A DNA stretch of 64,000 nucleotides, taken from a virus. The stretch is taken from the IMG/VR virus record IMGVR_UViG_3300045988_165550, positions 1 through 64,000 of that record; one strand, 5' to 3'. Positions 1 to 8,992 of this stretch are shown in pieces (within the stretch, counting starts at the first letter, position 1; each line of letters starts with the position of its first letter). Under the pieces are notes generated by a model. That model did not search any database. It worked only from the letters and a program-made list of their open reading frames with translations, and had not been told where the DNA came from. A program made the position numbers and the translations under genes.

Positions 1-131
1 CACCACCCGACACTGGGAGTATGAGCCAAGAGCAGTCCATATCCTATAATATGGGTCTGAGCATCCTTTTTGCGTGTTTGCGCTCCACTTTTTGCAAGCA
101 TGAAGTTTTACCTTTTAAAGAGATTTAGATT

Positions 132-890
132 ATGATTCAGTTAACAAAGCAGAGTAGTGATAGCGAGATAAAGGCATACTTTATTCAAGTGTTGAACCTT
201 TCTAGAAGTAAAGAGGAGTTTCCCGTGAATCTGGATGAGGTATGGCCGTTGGTATTTAAGTTCCGCTCCGATGCTGTAAGAGCATTAACAAGGAGCAATT
301 TATTCGTGAAAGACATTGATTATCAAGTTTTGAGCACAAATGCTCAAAAGTCGGGAGTTTTCTCCCAGAATGCTCAAAAGTCTGGAGTTTTTGCCCAAAA
401 TGGCAAAAAGTCTGGAGTTTTCCCCCAAAATGGGGAAAAGTCTGATGACATGCAAGCTGACGGTAAAAGCGTGATGGGTCGCCCACAGAACACTTATATG
501 CTTAGTGTTCCATGCCTTGAGTTCTTCATTGCCCGCAAGGTTCGTTCGGTATTCGAGGTTTATCGCCAGGTATTCCACAAGGTAGCAGGTGGCGGCATCA
601 GTCTCGGCAACCAGGTGTTCCAGTCTGCACCTATGAGCCTAGAAGATACGCTTGCACCTTTGGCTCGCTACAATACAATGATAGAAGATCGTTTTGAAAT
701 CGTAAGAGGTACGCTAGCCAATGCCGGCATAGAGGATGGAGACGTAAGAGAGGAAGGCTCCCTGTCTAATATCTTAAATAAAAGCCGAGCTTATTATCAT
801 GCTTATCGTAACTGCATCAACAAACTGGTGTATGTAGAGACAGCCTTCAAACTGGAAGGTCCCGAAGCCTTCTCGATGTTCGAGGACTAA
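132..890 (+). CDS. AntA/KilAC-type phage antirepressor-like protein with internal decapeptide repeats
   Basis: The segment GRPQNTYMLSVPCLEFFIARKVRSVFEVYRQVF resembles the dY-x-Lt...AKe...R-YF core of Ant-type proteins. 3.5 tandem 30-nt repeats (NAQKSGVFSQ) are inserted at 339-443. Confidence 0.4.
   Translation: MIQLTKQSSDSEIKAYFIQVLNLSRSKEEFPVNLDEVWPLVFKFRSDAVRALTRSNLFVKDIDYQVLSTNAQKSGVFSQNAQKSGVFAQNGKKSGVFPQNGEKSDDMQADGKSVMGRPQNTYMLSVPCLEFFIARKVRSVFEVYRQVFHKVAGGGISLGNQVFQSAPMSLEDTLAPLARYNTMIEDRFEIVRGTLANAGIEDGDVREEGSLSNILNKSRAYYHAYRNCINKLVYVETAFKLEGPEAFSMFED
339..443 (+). repeat. Tandem 30-nt coding repeat, 3.5 copies (AATGCTCAAAAGTCKGGAGTTTTYBCCCAR)
   Basis: Read directly. Units at 339-368, 369-398 and 399-428, plus a partial unit at 429-443. 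In frame, encoding NAQKSGVFSQ/NAQKSGVFAQ/NGKKSGVFPQ/NGEKS. Confidence 0.95.
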
Positions 891-936
891 TCGGCAGAAG
901 AAAGATGTTTAAAGACTGAATAATAGAAAAAGCAAG

Positions 937-1036
937 CCGCACGCTCCTCACGCCCTGCAAGGGCAGAAGCTTCTAGCCCAGGGCATCGCCCTGGGTATAG
1001 GCGTGCGGTTTCCTTCGCCCTGTAAGGGCAAAAGCC
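937..1036 (+). repeat. Triple-hairpin palindromic element, copy A (REP/MITE-like)
   Basis: Hairpins GCCCTgcaAGGGC (952-964), CCCAGGGCatcGCCCTGGG (977-995) and GCCCTgtaAGGGC (1017-1029). Outer stem CCGCACGC (937-944) pairs with GCGTGCGG (1001-1008). The reverse complement is repeated at 13703-13796. Confidence 0.85.
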
Positions 1037-1187
1037 TTACCTAAACTACTAAAACGAATTAATAAATTCCCCCTCTAACTATTTGTGTTTTAAATAGTTA
1101 TATTTTTCACTTTAAGTACAATTACCGACCTCCACCGCACTGGCTTGTGCACGACACATCCCAGCGGAGAAAATAAATAATTGATAT

Positions 1188-1735
1188 TTAGAGCGATACA
1201 GCCTTGTAGTTTTTCCTGAGAACTTTGAGTCTCGCGCGGCAGCGACCACCGCCCTGGTATGTTGACCCACTGCCCGCCTGCCTGGATTCGTCAGGAACTA
1301 TGCGGACGGCACCCCGGCAGGGTGGAGAGGGCCGGCAGGATGAACGGCAGGGGATCGCCCCGCCCTGGCTGGCTCGCTGCCCTTCCCTCACCATCTGGAA
1401 GAGGGGAAGAGGACGAGGCGGGCAGGATGACAGACGGCCGAGGCCCTGCCCTGTTGCTGGTCGATTGATTGCGAGATGTGGGCGAGAGGGTGAGCGCTGG
1501 CGATGGTGTGGACGGTGGAGACAGCAGACAGAACAGGAAGAGAGGCGAGGAACTGGCGAAGATGTCGGCGGCATCCTTCGCCCTGGTTCTCTCTCTTCCT
1601 GTTTCGTCTGCTGCTTTGCTCTTTCCTTCCCTCACCACCTGAAGGAGAGGACGGGGACGAGGACGAGGCGGGCAGGATGGCAGACCGTCGAGGCGCTGCC
1701 CTTCCCTTTCCGTTTGCTTTTGTTCTTTCTCTATA
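1188..1735 (+). ncRNA. Candidate large structured RNA or DNA element (G+C-rich island)
   Basis: G+C-rich block between A+T-rich flanks. Only overlapping low-complexity R/G/P-rich ORFs on both strands. Long imperfect hairpin 1522-1561/1576-1613. Long-range pairing 1238-1245 with 1374-1381. A 75-nt repeat occurs at 1381-1452 and 1625-1702. The final GC hairpin is followed by a T-rich tract (1700-1731). Confidence 0.3.
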
Positions 1736-1881
1736 TATAATAAGGTATATAATATAATAACTAACATACAATATATAATAGCAATAACACAATAAATAAT
1801 ACGTAAAAAGGTAATGATGTTTTATTTTTCTGTTTAGAAACGTTAAATAATACACTATATGATAACTTTTCCCTTTAAATA

Positions 1882-1913
1882 TTTGGTAGTTATTACTTTT
1901 TGTAGTATCTTTG
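1882..1913 (+). promoter_or_regulatory. Bacteroidota-type promoter, class A (TTTGGTAGTT -33 region, TATCTTTG -7)
   Basis: TTTG at 1882-1885 and TAnnTTTG at 1906-1913, 24-nt offset. Same architecture as 8135-8166 and 22299-22330. Confidence 0.6.
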
Positions 1914-1957
1914 CAGCACAAAATAAAAACAAAGTAGAACATTAAAATAATAAAGTT

Positions 1958-2806
1958 ATGAAAAAGAATAATAATATCAAGCAGTTAAAGGAGATCGTAA
2001 ACGAAAATTTGTTTTTTGATCTTAATTACCAGGGCGTGCAGGCTTACAATATCAGCAGCGCGAACGAATACGAGGTTATTATCGGCTTCCGTAAGTGTAA
2101 CGGCCGTTACTACTTCATTGACCGCAACCGTAACAAATACTTAGCAAGCAGATACGACCGCGCCGACTTCATCGCCGGCGAGATGCTGGAGCAGAAGGCA
2201 CGCGAAGATGAAACGGTAGCCGAAGCAATCGAGGACATCGAGAAGACAGGCAAAACCAAGATTTTAGTAGATTTAACTTGGGAATATATCAAAGCTTGCG
2301 AGGCTCGCGGAATTGATCCTGGCGAACTTGTAGACAGTGAGGCAGACAACGCCGGCAACGTTTATATGATTCATTGCATAGAGTCTGCGAAGGACGAAGA
2401 GAACGGCGAGGGCGAAGAGAACAAAGAGAACGCAACAGCTTGCGAGCCTTCAAGGCTCGCCGGCATCCTGGCAAAGATGAAGAACGGCGCAAAGGCAGCA
2501 GCAGAAAAGGCGGCGTTTGTCTTTAGTCTGGTTGTATTCTTCGCGGTTGGTCTCTTGTCTGTTTACGTTGCGGTGTCCGCGATAGCTTCAATCGTCGAGG
2601 CGCTGGGCATTTGCGGCAGCATCTGGGGCGCACTCCTTGGCTCGGTCCTTGTGCTAACTGTTGGCCTTGATTTCATGGCTTTTGTTGCTATTAATACAAT
2701 GGCAGTACTTTCGTACTTTTTCCCTTCTGAGTTTGAGAAAGCGCAAAAGCCACATTTCACAAAGCCTTTTTCGTTCTGGTATCGTCTGATAAATGAAAGT
2801 TTATAA
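1958..2806 (+). CDS. hypothetical membrane protein (soluble N-terminal half, multi-TM C-terminal half)
   Basis: ORF directly downstream of the class A promoter. Hydrophobic segments FVFSLVVFFAVGLLSVYVAVSAIASIV and LGSVLVLTVGLDFMAFVAINTMAVL. Confidence 0.6.
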   Translation: MKKNNNIKQLKEIVNENLFFDLNYQGVQAYNISSANEYEVIIGFRKCNGRYYFIDRNRNKYLASRYDRADFIAGEMLEQKAREDETVAEAIEDIEKTGKTKILVDLTWEYIKACEARGIDPGELVDSEADNAGNVYMIHCIESAKDEENGEGEENKENATACEPSRLAGILAKMKNGAKAAAEKAAFVFSLVVFFAVGLLSVYVAVSAIASIVEALGICGSIWGALLGSVLVLTVGLDFMAFVAINTMAVLSYFFPSEFEKAQKPHFTKPFSFWYRLINESL

Positions 2807-2834
2807 TAATACAACAATATAAATATATAAGATC

Positions 2835-3110
2835 ATGGAAGCAAAAACAATACATAGCAGTAATATTTCATTTGTCGAGGTGCTCGCCGCCCTCGTCGAG
2901 TTCTTCACCCTCTGCGCTCTGTTTTTCATTCAGGGCATAACGAAGACTGCGAAGACAACAGAAAGAGCCGCCCGCATCGCTTGGCGCTGGCTCAATACCC
3001 GCCACTTATTCGGGGATGACTCCGAGGCGGTCACGCTCACCGGGTGGCAATATCTGGGAGTTGCTGCGGTTGCTATCGTCTGCGGTCTCCTGTTCTCTAT
3101 TAAGTTTTAA
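2835..3110 (+). CDS. hypothetical small membrane protein
   Basis: 91-aa ORF with two hydrophobic segments, tightly packed in the operon. Confidence 0.5.
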   Translation: MEAKTIHSSNISFVEVLAALVEFFTLCALFFIQGITKTAKTTERAARIAWRWLNTRHLFGDDSEAVTLTGWQYLGVAAVAIVCGLLFSIKF

Positions 3111-3147
3111 TTATACGTTATACAAAACATTTTAAAATCGGAAAGTT

Positions 3148-5592
3148 ATGAAGTACTTTAATCATATTACCACAGCAGAAGAAATTAAAAAGCAGTTCCG
3201 CGCTTATTGTGTAAGTATGCACCCTGATAAGGGCGGAGATCCTGAGGAGTTCAAAACGATGATGGCGGAGTATAACGACATTATCAAGAACTTCGAGCGT
3301 GCAAAGGAAGAGGCAAGAGCCGAGGAGGAAGCACGCAAGGAAGCCGAGGAGGCACGCAAGGCAGAAGAGGAGCGCAAGCGCAAGGAAGAGGAGGAGGAGC
3401 GCAAAGCAGCCGAGGCACTCCGTGAGATCATCGCAAAGTGGGAGGGCAAATTAAAGACTGTGACCCCTGCGGCTGGATGGTACGAAGCCCCAGACGCTTC
3501 TTATCTCGCCGCAGTGAAATATAACATAAAGAAGATGTTAAACGAATATTTCCCAGGCGTGAAATTTAATATCTCTTTACGGACTAAACTTTGGAGCGCA
3601 TCGGCCGAAATATCTTGGGTAGATGGTCCGACCGTTGACGAGGTGGAAGACGTGAAAGAGCTTTCTTTTTTTATTTCTCATTATCACGTTTGTGACCCTT
3701 ACGAGGATTATGGACACGACGAAGAGAAGAAGAGCACCAGGGCATGGCGTGAGAAGTTCGGGCAGATTTCAGATGATCGCTTTAAATTTACTCGCACTTT
3801 CTCGGAGTTCGGTAAAGCTGAAGTTATGGCAAAGATTTACGAGGTTTTCCCACAGTTTGAAGGGATGACAAACAAAAACGATGCCGCCGCAATTGCTTAT
3901 GATGATATTTACCGCCTTCAAAAATTCTTTGGGTTCATTTATAAAAGATCTTGCGAGCGTTGGCAGGATATGAGCGACGAGGAGAAGACGGCAGAAGCTG
4001 CATTTAATCATAAATATTATGACCAGTGCAGAGAATGCAAACAAATCGACAGTTCTAACTGGTGGACGGGAAAAACTCCTTTGTCGGCCGTTTTAGATGT
4101 ATTTTTTAAATATTACACCATCAGCGAAGAAACCACACGAGCAGCAGCAGAGGCAGCAGCCGCGCCCGTTTTTGAGCCTAAGCACGGCGCAACCTGGCAG
4201 GCAATTAAAAAGGCACTGGGCGCAAATGTTTTCTGCGTGCCTGTAGATGGTACTTGCCATTATAAAGAGATTTCATTTTATGAAGCCGCCGAGATGGTAG
4301 CGAATGGCGAAAAAGTGTACCTTGGCAAGCCTGCAATGTATGACGGTGAAAGGTGCATTTATGGCGTTAACGGCGGCGGTGCTAAGGTTCAGCAGAAGCG
4401 CGCCGACAAGTTCGCTTCCGTAGGTATTCAAATCTCAAATTATGGCTATAATAGTTATAAGGATGTGGAAATCTTGCAGTTCGCCGCAAATGTTCTCGCA
4501 GAGCTTCGCAAGGATGCCGAGGAGGTCGAGAAGCAGCGCAAGGCGTGGGAAGAGGAACAGAAGAACGGCAAACAGACTGCACGCAAGGCAGACCGCAGCC
4601 AGAAGGCAGCGAAGAGCGAGAAGGCAGCCGAGGGCGTGGATATGGCCGCAGCACCTGCCGAGGGTCTGGAACTGGTAGAGATTGCCGAGGGTGTGGCAGT
4701 CGTGGGCGATCAGCACACGACCTACAAAAACCGCAAGCAGATTAAAGCGCACGGCGCAAAATGGAACAAGGAGGCGCAGCAGTGGCAAGCAACCACCGCC
4801 GAGGCCGTGGCAGCTCTTCGCGAGTGGTTCGGCATGACTGAGCAGAGCGCAGCGGATGCGGAAACCTGCGAGCAGGTGGAAGCCGTCGGCGTTCTTGCTT
4901 CTGCCCTCTCCTTCCTTGTCGGTGCTATCGTATCAGCAACCGAAAAGGCAAACGAGGCACTAAAACAGGCAGCAGCAGAAGCGGCGAAAGCTACCGCCAA
5001 ATTTGAGGCAGAGCACAGAGCAGAAGAACGCAAGGAGGCCGCCGCCATCCTTCGCGAACAGATAAAGAAAGTATCTGAACAGGTGGCGAACCTGGCCGGC
5101 ACTCTCTCGCAGATGCAAGAACGTTTGAACGCTCTGGAATCAGGGCAGGACGCAAGCGAGAAAGCGACAGAAGAGCCACAGACGGGCGCAACCGCACAGG
5201 ATGGAGCAACCACCCAGCAGCAGAACGAAACAACCGCACAGAGCCGCCAGAAGGGCGGCAGCGGTTCGGGTGTCTCTCTCGACATGCTGCGAGCAGCAGC
5301 GGAAGACGTGGAGCGGCTCACGTATGCCAACGAGCACGGGCGCGCGGCACTCGCTGAACTATACGCCCTTTGCGCCTGCGGCGTTGACGTTCGCGACCTC
5401 ATAGACGAGTTGCGAGAGCTGAACACTTCCGAGGCGCTAGGGAATAAGCCAGCGCCGGAGATTTGGGCGAAGCACTCACAGATCCGCCGAGCTGCAAGAA
5501 ATCGCGCAAAGGTTGTATTAAGTGCCGAGGAGCTCCGGACCCTTTACACCTGGGACGAGGGTTCCGAGGCGAACAACGGCAAAGCCGCATAA
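3148..5592 (+). CDS. J-domain (DnaJ-like) protein, 814 aa, with E/K/A-rich coiled-coil regions
   Basis: N-terminus EEIKKQFRAYCVSMHPDKGGDPEEFKTMMAEYNDI carries the HPD tripeptide in J-domain context. Confidence 0.8.
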   Translation: MKYFNHITTAEEIKKQFRAYCVSMHPDKGGDPEEFKTMMAEYNDIIKNFERAKEEARAEEEARKEAEEARKAEEERKRKEEEEERKAAEALREIIAKWEGKLKTVTPAAGWYEAPDASYLAAVKYNIKKMLNEYFPGVKFNISLRTKLWSASAEISWVDGPTVDEVEDVKELSFFISHYHVCDPYEDYGHDEEKKSTRAWREKFGQISDDRFKFTRTFSEFGKAEVMAKIYEVFPQFEGMTNKNDAAAIAYDDIYRLQKFFGFIYKRSCERWQDMSDEEKTAEAAFNHKYYDQCRECKQIDSSNWWTGKTPLSAVLDVFFKYYTISEETTRAAAEAAAAPVFEPKHGATWQAIKKALGANVFCVPVDGTCHYKEISFYEAAEMVANGEKVYLGKPAMYDGERCIYGVNGGGAKVQQKRADKFASVGIQISNYGYNSYKDVEILQFAANVLAELRKDAEEVEKQRKAWEEEQKNGKQTARKADRSQKAAKSEKAAEGVDMAAAPAEGLELVEIAEGVAVVGDQHTTYKNRKQIKAHGAKWNKEAQQWQATTAEAVAALREWFGMTEQSAADAETCEQVEAVGVLASALSFLVGAIVSATEKANEALKQAAAEAAKATAKFEAEHRAEERKEAAAILREQIKKVSEQVANLAGTLSQMQERLNALESGQDASEKATEEPQTGATAQDGATTQQQNETTAQSRQKGGSGSGVSLDMLRAAAEDVERLTYANEHGRAALAELYALCACGVDVRDLIDELRELNTSEALGNKPAPEIWAKHSQIRRAARNRAKVVLSAEELRTLYTWDEGSEANNGKAA

Positions 5593-5611
5593 ATCGAGAG
5601 CCAAGGGCACC

Positions 5612-5635
5612 GGGTGAGGGTTCAATCCCTCACCC
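5612..5635 (+). terminator. Stem-loop after the J-domain gene (GGGTGAGGG ttcaat CCCTCACCC)
   Basis: Perfect 9-bp stem read directly. No clear U-tract. Confidence 0.4.
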
Positions 5636-5747
5636 CTACCCCCTCAAAGCTTCGGAAATCCTACGTTATAGCGTGCGTATTTCTTCACTGAAAAAATCGC
5701 CCGCAAGAAAAAATTTTCTTTTACTCATCAAAAAAGCAAAAAATAAA

Positions 5748-7235
5748 ATGATAGATTATCAAAATATATTTAACCGTGATTTTTACACCACACCCCGCGA
5801 GGTCTTCGATATGATGACCCAGGGCGAGAGCCTGGCGGATGCCGTAATATTAGAACCTTCTGCAGGTTCTGGCGATATTGTAAGATACTGCAAGCAGGAC
5901 GGCGCAAGATACGTGAAAGCTTGCGAGATAAACGACGTACTACGGAGCGCCTTATATAATGAGTGCAACGTGATAGCGCCAGACTTCCTGACGGTACAGC
6001 GTGAGCAGGTGGCAGATATAAACTATATAATCATGAACCCGCCATTTACTAGCGTAGAAAAGCATATTTTGCACGCCTGGGAGATTGCGCCGGATGGCTG
6101 CACGATTTTAGCCCTTTGCCCTTCTTCCCGCTTCAAGTTTGGTTGTTATGGTGACGATAAGAAATTAAAGGAACTGGCGGAACTTTATGGCAGCCGTGAG
6201 GAATTGGGCGATGTTTTCAATACTTCGACCGCCGACCGCCGAACAGATGCGGAAATCTCGCTTATTCGTCTTTATAAGCCATCGGAAAAAACAGAGGATT
6301 TCGAGGATCTGGAATTTGACGAGACACCGGAAGGCTGGGACGATATGGGCAACGGTCAGGAGGGCGTAATCAAATACGATGCCGTGCGCGATATGGTGAA
6401 GCGGTACAATTCAGCCCTGGCGCAGTTTGATGCCGTGCAGGAGGCAAGCAGAAAGATAAATGAAGATATAAAAACCTTCACGGCTTGCCGCATTCATTTT
6501 GGCGCTCACGGGGATGACTGCCGAGGCAACAAGTTCCAGAACATCACCCGCGACCGATTCCGCAAGGAGTTGCAGCACGCAGCGTGGAGCAGTATTTTCG
6601 AGCTGCTCAACATGCAGAAGTACACCACCAACGTACTACAGGAGAAGATCGCCCGATTTGTTGAGACCTCAGAGGCTCGCCCCTTCAATCTGAAAAATAT
6701 CTATCTGGTTGTCTCTTCTGTATTACAGAACATCGGAAACATCATGGAGGAGTGCGTGGTTAAGGCATTCGACACGATTTGCAGCCTGTCTGCCGAGAAC
6801 TCGACAGCGGGCGAAAAGTGGAAGACGAATAGCAATTATATGGTGAACCAGAAGTTTATTGTAGATTACTTAGACTGTGAAATGAATTACCGCGGGTATC
6901 TGGATTACAGCTTTTACTCATCCGATGGCCGCCAGCGAGAAATGGAAGATTTTTTCAAGGCGATGAGCTTCCTAAACGGCAAGCCGCTAACTGATGAGTA
7001 CGCCCGCCCCTTCGAGCAGAATGTGGTACGCCGCTGCACCGACTTCGGCAAATGGTTCTATTTCGATTGGTTCCGTGTGAAGTTTTACAAAAAAGGTACG
7101 ATGCATTTTGAGTTTACCGATATAAACATCTGGTATCGCTTTAATCAGGTAGCCGCAAAGCATAAAGGCTGGGCAATCGGCAGCGTATCTCAGTGCAAGG
7201 CTCGCAAGGTATGGCGAGATATTCAGAAACCGTAA
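5748..7235 (+). CDS. N6-adenine DNA methyltransferase (motif I then NPPF) with a long C-terminal extension
   Basis: VILEPSAGSGDIV is SAM-binding motif I and IIMNPPFTS is catalytic motif IV. The start was moved to ATG 5748, because the track ORF from 5463 reads through the upstream gene end and hairpin. Confidence 0.8.
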   Translation: MIDYQNIFNRDFYTTPREVFDMMTQGESLADAVILEPSAGSGDIVRYCKQDGARYVKACEINDVLRSALYNECNVIAPDFLTVQREQVADINYIIMNPPFTSVEKHILHAWEIAPDGCTILALCPSSRFKFGCYGDDKKLKELAELYGSREELGDVFNTSTADRRTDAEISLIRLYKPSEKTEDFEDLEFDETPEGWDDMGNGQEGVIKYDAVRDMVKRYNSALAQFDAVQEASRKINEDIKTFTACRIHFGAHGDDCRGNKFQNITRDRFRKELQHAAWSSIFELLNMQKYTTNVLQEKIARFVETSEARPFNLKNIYLVVSSVLQNIGNIMEECVVKAFDTICSLSAENSTAGEKWKTNSNYMVNQKFIVDYLDCEMNYRGYLDYSFYSSDGRQREMEDFFKAMSFLNGKPLTDEYARPFEQNVVRRCTDFGKWFYFDWFRVKFYKKGTMHFEFTDINIWYRFNQVAAKHKGWAIGSVSQCKARKVWRDIQKP

Positions 7236-7297
7236 GCCCTCATTATGGAGGGTTTTGGAAATCACATATTATAGAACATATTTAAAATTTAGAAATT

Positions 7298-7774
7298 ATG
7301 GAAGCAAAGAATAATAAAAACAACGGTATGAACGTTATAGAGAATAAGGAAACAGGTTGGCAGGTGAATGCAGTATTGCCATTTGCTGAGTATCACAACT
7401 TTTTCATCAAGGGCAAGATAGTCATTTCCCGCCTGGCTGATATGGTGTGCGAGAGTCTCCGCATCGACAGAGAGGATGCAAGCGCATGGGCAAAGGATAT
7501 TCGCCTGATTGTCTGGAGCGAGATTTACCATTACGATGATAAGCGCCAGCAGTATGAGAACGATGAGGAGCACGATAGAGCTATCTCTGAGCAGATACTG
7601 GGCGATGCCATCACCCTGCGTGAAGAGGCTTATGAATACGCCCAGATGATAATGGATCACACACCGGGGGAGAAGCAGGAGTTCCTTGAGTACTGCTGGA
7701 AATACGTATCTCAGGCAACGAATCGCGTTAACCGCATGACGAAGATATTTAAGCCTTCAGACGTTGAGCAGTAA
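7298..7774 (+). CDS. hypothetical protein
   Basis: 158-aa ORF with an A-rich start context (ttagaaattATGG). No recognisable motif. Confidence 0.6.
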   Translation: MEAKNNKNNGMNVIENKETGWQVNAVLPFAEYHNFFIKGKIVISRLADMVCESLRIDREDASAWAKDIRLIVWSEIYHYDDKRQQYENDEEHDRAISEQILGDAITLREEAYEYAQMIMDHTPGEKQEFLEYCWKYVSQATNRVNRMTKIFKPSDVEQ

Positions 7775-7903
7775 CCGCCCATCATCCATACAGGGGAAGC
7801 CCGAGAGCCTTCCCCTACCCCGTCCGGCAGACCGGCAAGCGTGGATCACCACCACGGCGAGGTGCGTTATTTTAAACATAACTTTAAAATTTTAATTTGT
7901 TTA

Positions 7904-7929
7904 CGCTGAAGCGTCAGCGCTTTGTTTTT
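7904..7929 (+). terminator. Rho-independent terminator (CGCTGA agcg TCAGCG + T-rich tail)
   Basis: 6-bp stem followed by ctttgttttt. Confidence 0.6.
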
Positions 7930-8134
7930 AAAAAGGCTGTCTGCAGTTCGAGAGGATAGCAGCAGCCGAATTTCGCCCATGGTTGGCCAAGGATGATAAG
8001 ATTTCTATCCTTCTGGGTCCGAATCTCAGGTGGGCGACAAGAGAAGAAAGAAGATAAAAAGGTGTTGAGAATTTACTTTGAAAATAAAACAAAGGTTAAA
8101 AATGCACCTAAAATAGCAATTAAAGTGCATTTTA

Positions 8135-8166
8135 TTTGGTAGTTTCAAAAATTCTTTGTACCTTTG
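8135..8166 (+). promoter_or_regulatory. Bacteroidota-type promoter, class A (TTTGGTAGTT ... TACCTTTG)
   Basis: TTTG at 8135-8138 and TACCTTTG at 8159-8166. Drives the six-gene cluster. Confidence 0.65.
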
Positions 8167-8215
8167 CATCAGAAAATAAAACAAGAAGATAAATAAAAAC
8201 AATAATAATCATTTT

Positions 8216-8241
8216 AGCCCTAGCGCATCACGGTTAAGCGA
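8216..8241 (+). promoter_or_regulatory. Conserved hairpin leader, copy 1 (AGCCCTA GCGC ATCACGGTTAA GCGA)
   Basis: 7 nt upstream of ATG 8249. 3-bp stem plus a G/A mismatch. Confidence 0.7.
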
Positions 8242-8248
8242 CGAGAAT

Positions 8249-8647
8249 ATGAAGAAGAATGATATTACATCATTAGATGATCTCAAGGAGTTTTTGGTAG
8301 CTTATCAGGAGGAAAATCCGGAGGATGATTGCTGTGAGTTGGTTCGTGGTATCTGCCAGGAGAACGGATGGATTTATACCGCTGATTCTTCAATCGGTTA
8401 TGATGATGAGGATTTCGCCACCGATGGTGAGCACATCCTTTCTTTGACTTCTAACGGCTTCGAGGTTCTTCCTAACGACGGACAGGACATCAACCACAAC
8501 GGCACTGATATTACGGTTCGTGAGGATAGCGAGAATTTCTTTGTGGATTTCAACACCGGTCTGGGCGAAGGCATCTACCCAAAGGCAGATTGGACGCTGG
8601 AGAAGGCTATCAAGGACCAGGAGAACATCTATAAAGAAAATAAGTAA
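8249..8647 (+). CDS. hypothetical small acidic protein
   Basis: 132 aa, D/E-rich. Preceded by leader copy 1. Confidence 0.7.
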   Translation: MKKNDITSLDDLKEFLVAYQEENPEDDCCELVRGICQENGWIYTADSSIGYDDEDFATDGEHILSLTSNGFEVLPNDGQDINHNGTDITVREDSENFFVDFNTGLGEGIYPKADWTLEKAIKDQENIYKENK

Positions 8648-8656
8648 TCACATCTA

Positions 8657-8683
8657 AGCCCTAGGCGCATCACGGTGAAGCGT
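8657..8683 (+). promoter_or_regulatory. Conserved hairpin leader, copy 2 (AGCCCTAG GCGC ATCACGGTGAA GCGT)
   Basis: 6 nt upstream of ATG 8690. Stem closes with a G-U pair. Confidence 0.7.
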
Positions 8684-8689
8684 AGTAAT

Positions 8690-8983
8690 ATGAACGATAA
8701 GAAAGTATATGTTGTCCTTTGCGACAAGACTATCACCAATGTTTTTGATTCTCCAGAAAAGGCTTTCAATAGCCTTCCTCAGAAAGATGAGTTTACGGAA
8801 GTTTATCAGACTATACGTACTTGCGACGGTGAGGAAGCAATTATCCCTACAGCGGATAATTTCTATCTGGGTACCCCTATTTATGTTCATGTAGCAGAGC
8901 ATACGGAGGATGTGATGGGATTCCAGGTAGAGTGCCAGGAAGAAACCTTTGTTTACGAGATTAAGGAGTTTAAAGTAAAATAA
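8690..8983 (+). CDS. hypothetical small acidic protein
   Basis: Start set to ATG 8690 by analogy with the other five leader-ATG spacings. The track start at 8675 is a GTG inside the hairpin. Confidence 0.65.
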   Translation: MNDKKVYVVLCDKTITNVFDSPEKAFNSLPQKDEFTEVYQTIRTCDGEEAIIPTADNFYLGTPIYVHVAEHTEDVMGFQVECQEETFVYEIKEFKVK

Positions 8984-8992
8984 TAACCATTC

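Noticed and set aside
1188-1942. Five overlapping track ORFs (both strands, 69-184 aa) across the G+C-rich island.
   Set aside because: They overlap one another in different frames. They encode low-complexity R/G/P/S-rich strings and lack A-rich start contexts. They coincide with long hairpins and repeats, so they look like a by-product of G+C-rich non-coding sequence.
5612-5635. GGTTCAATCC-like sequence suggesting a tRNA T-arm or a tRNA-derived att core.
   Set aside because: It is a 9-bp stem with a 6-nt loop and no adjoining acceptor, anticodon or D arms. It is best read as a simple stem-loop after the gene.
5463-5747. A 95-codon N-terminal extension of the methyltransferase ORF, as given in the track.
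   Set aside because: It overlaps the end of the J-domain gene and the stem-loop and encodes low-complexity sequence. The methyltransferase fold begins right after ATG 5748, which has an A-rich context.
7973-8038. A tRNA-like fold. It has a 7-bp acceptor-like stem (CGCCCAT/GTGGGCG) and a T-arm-like hairpin CTGGG-TCCGAAT-CTCAG.
   Set aside because: It is only about 65 nt long. No D-arm can be formed (TTGG/CCAA leaves no loop). The anticodon-arm equivalent has a 10-nt loop. The T-loop reads TCC rather than TTC, and there is no CCA. It is not a functional tRNA by canonical rules, though it could be a tRNA-derived remnant.
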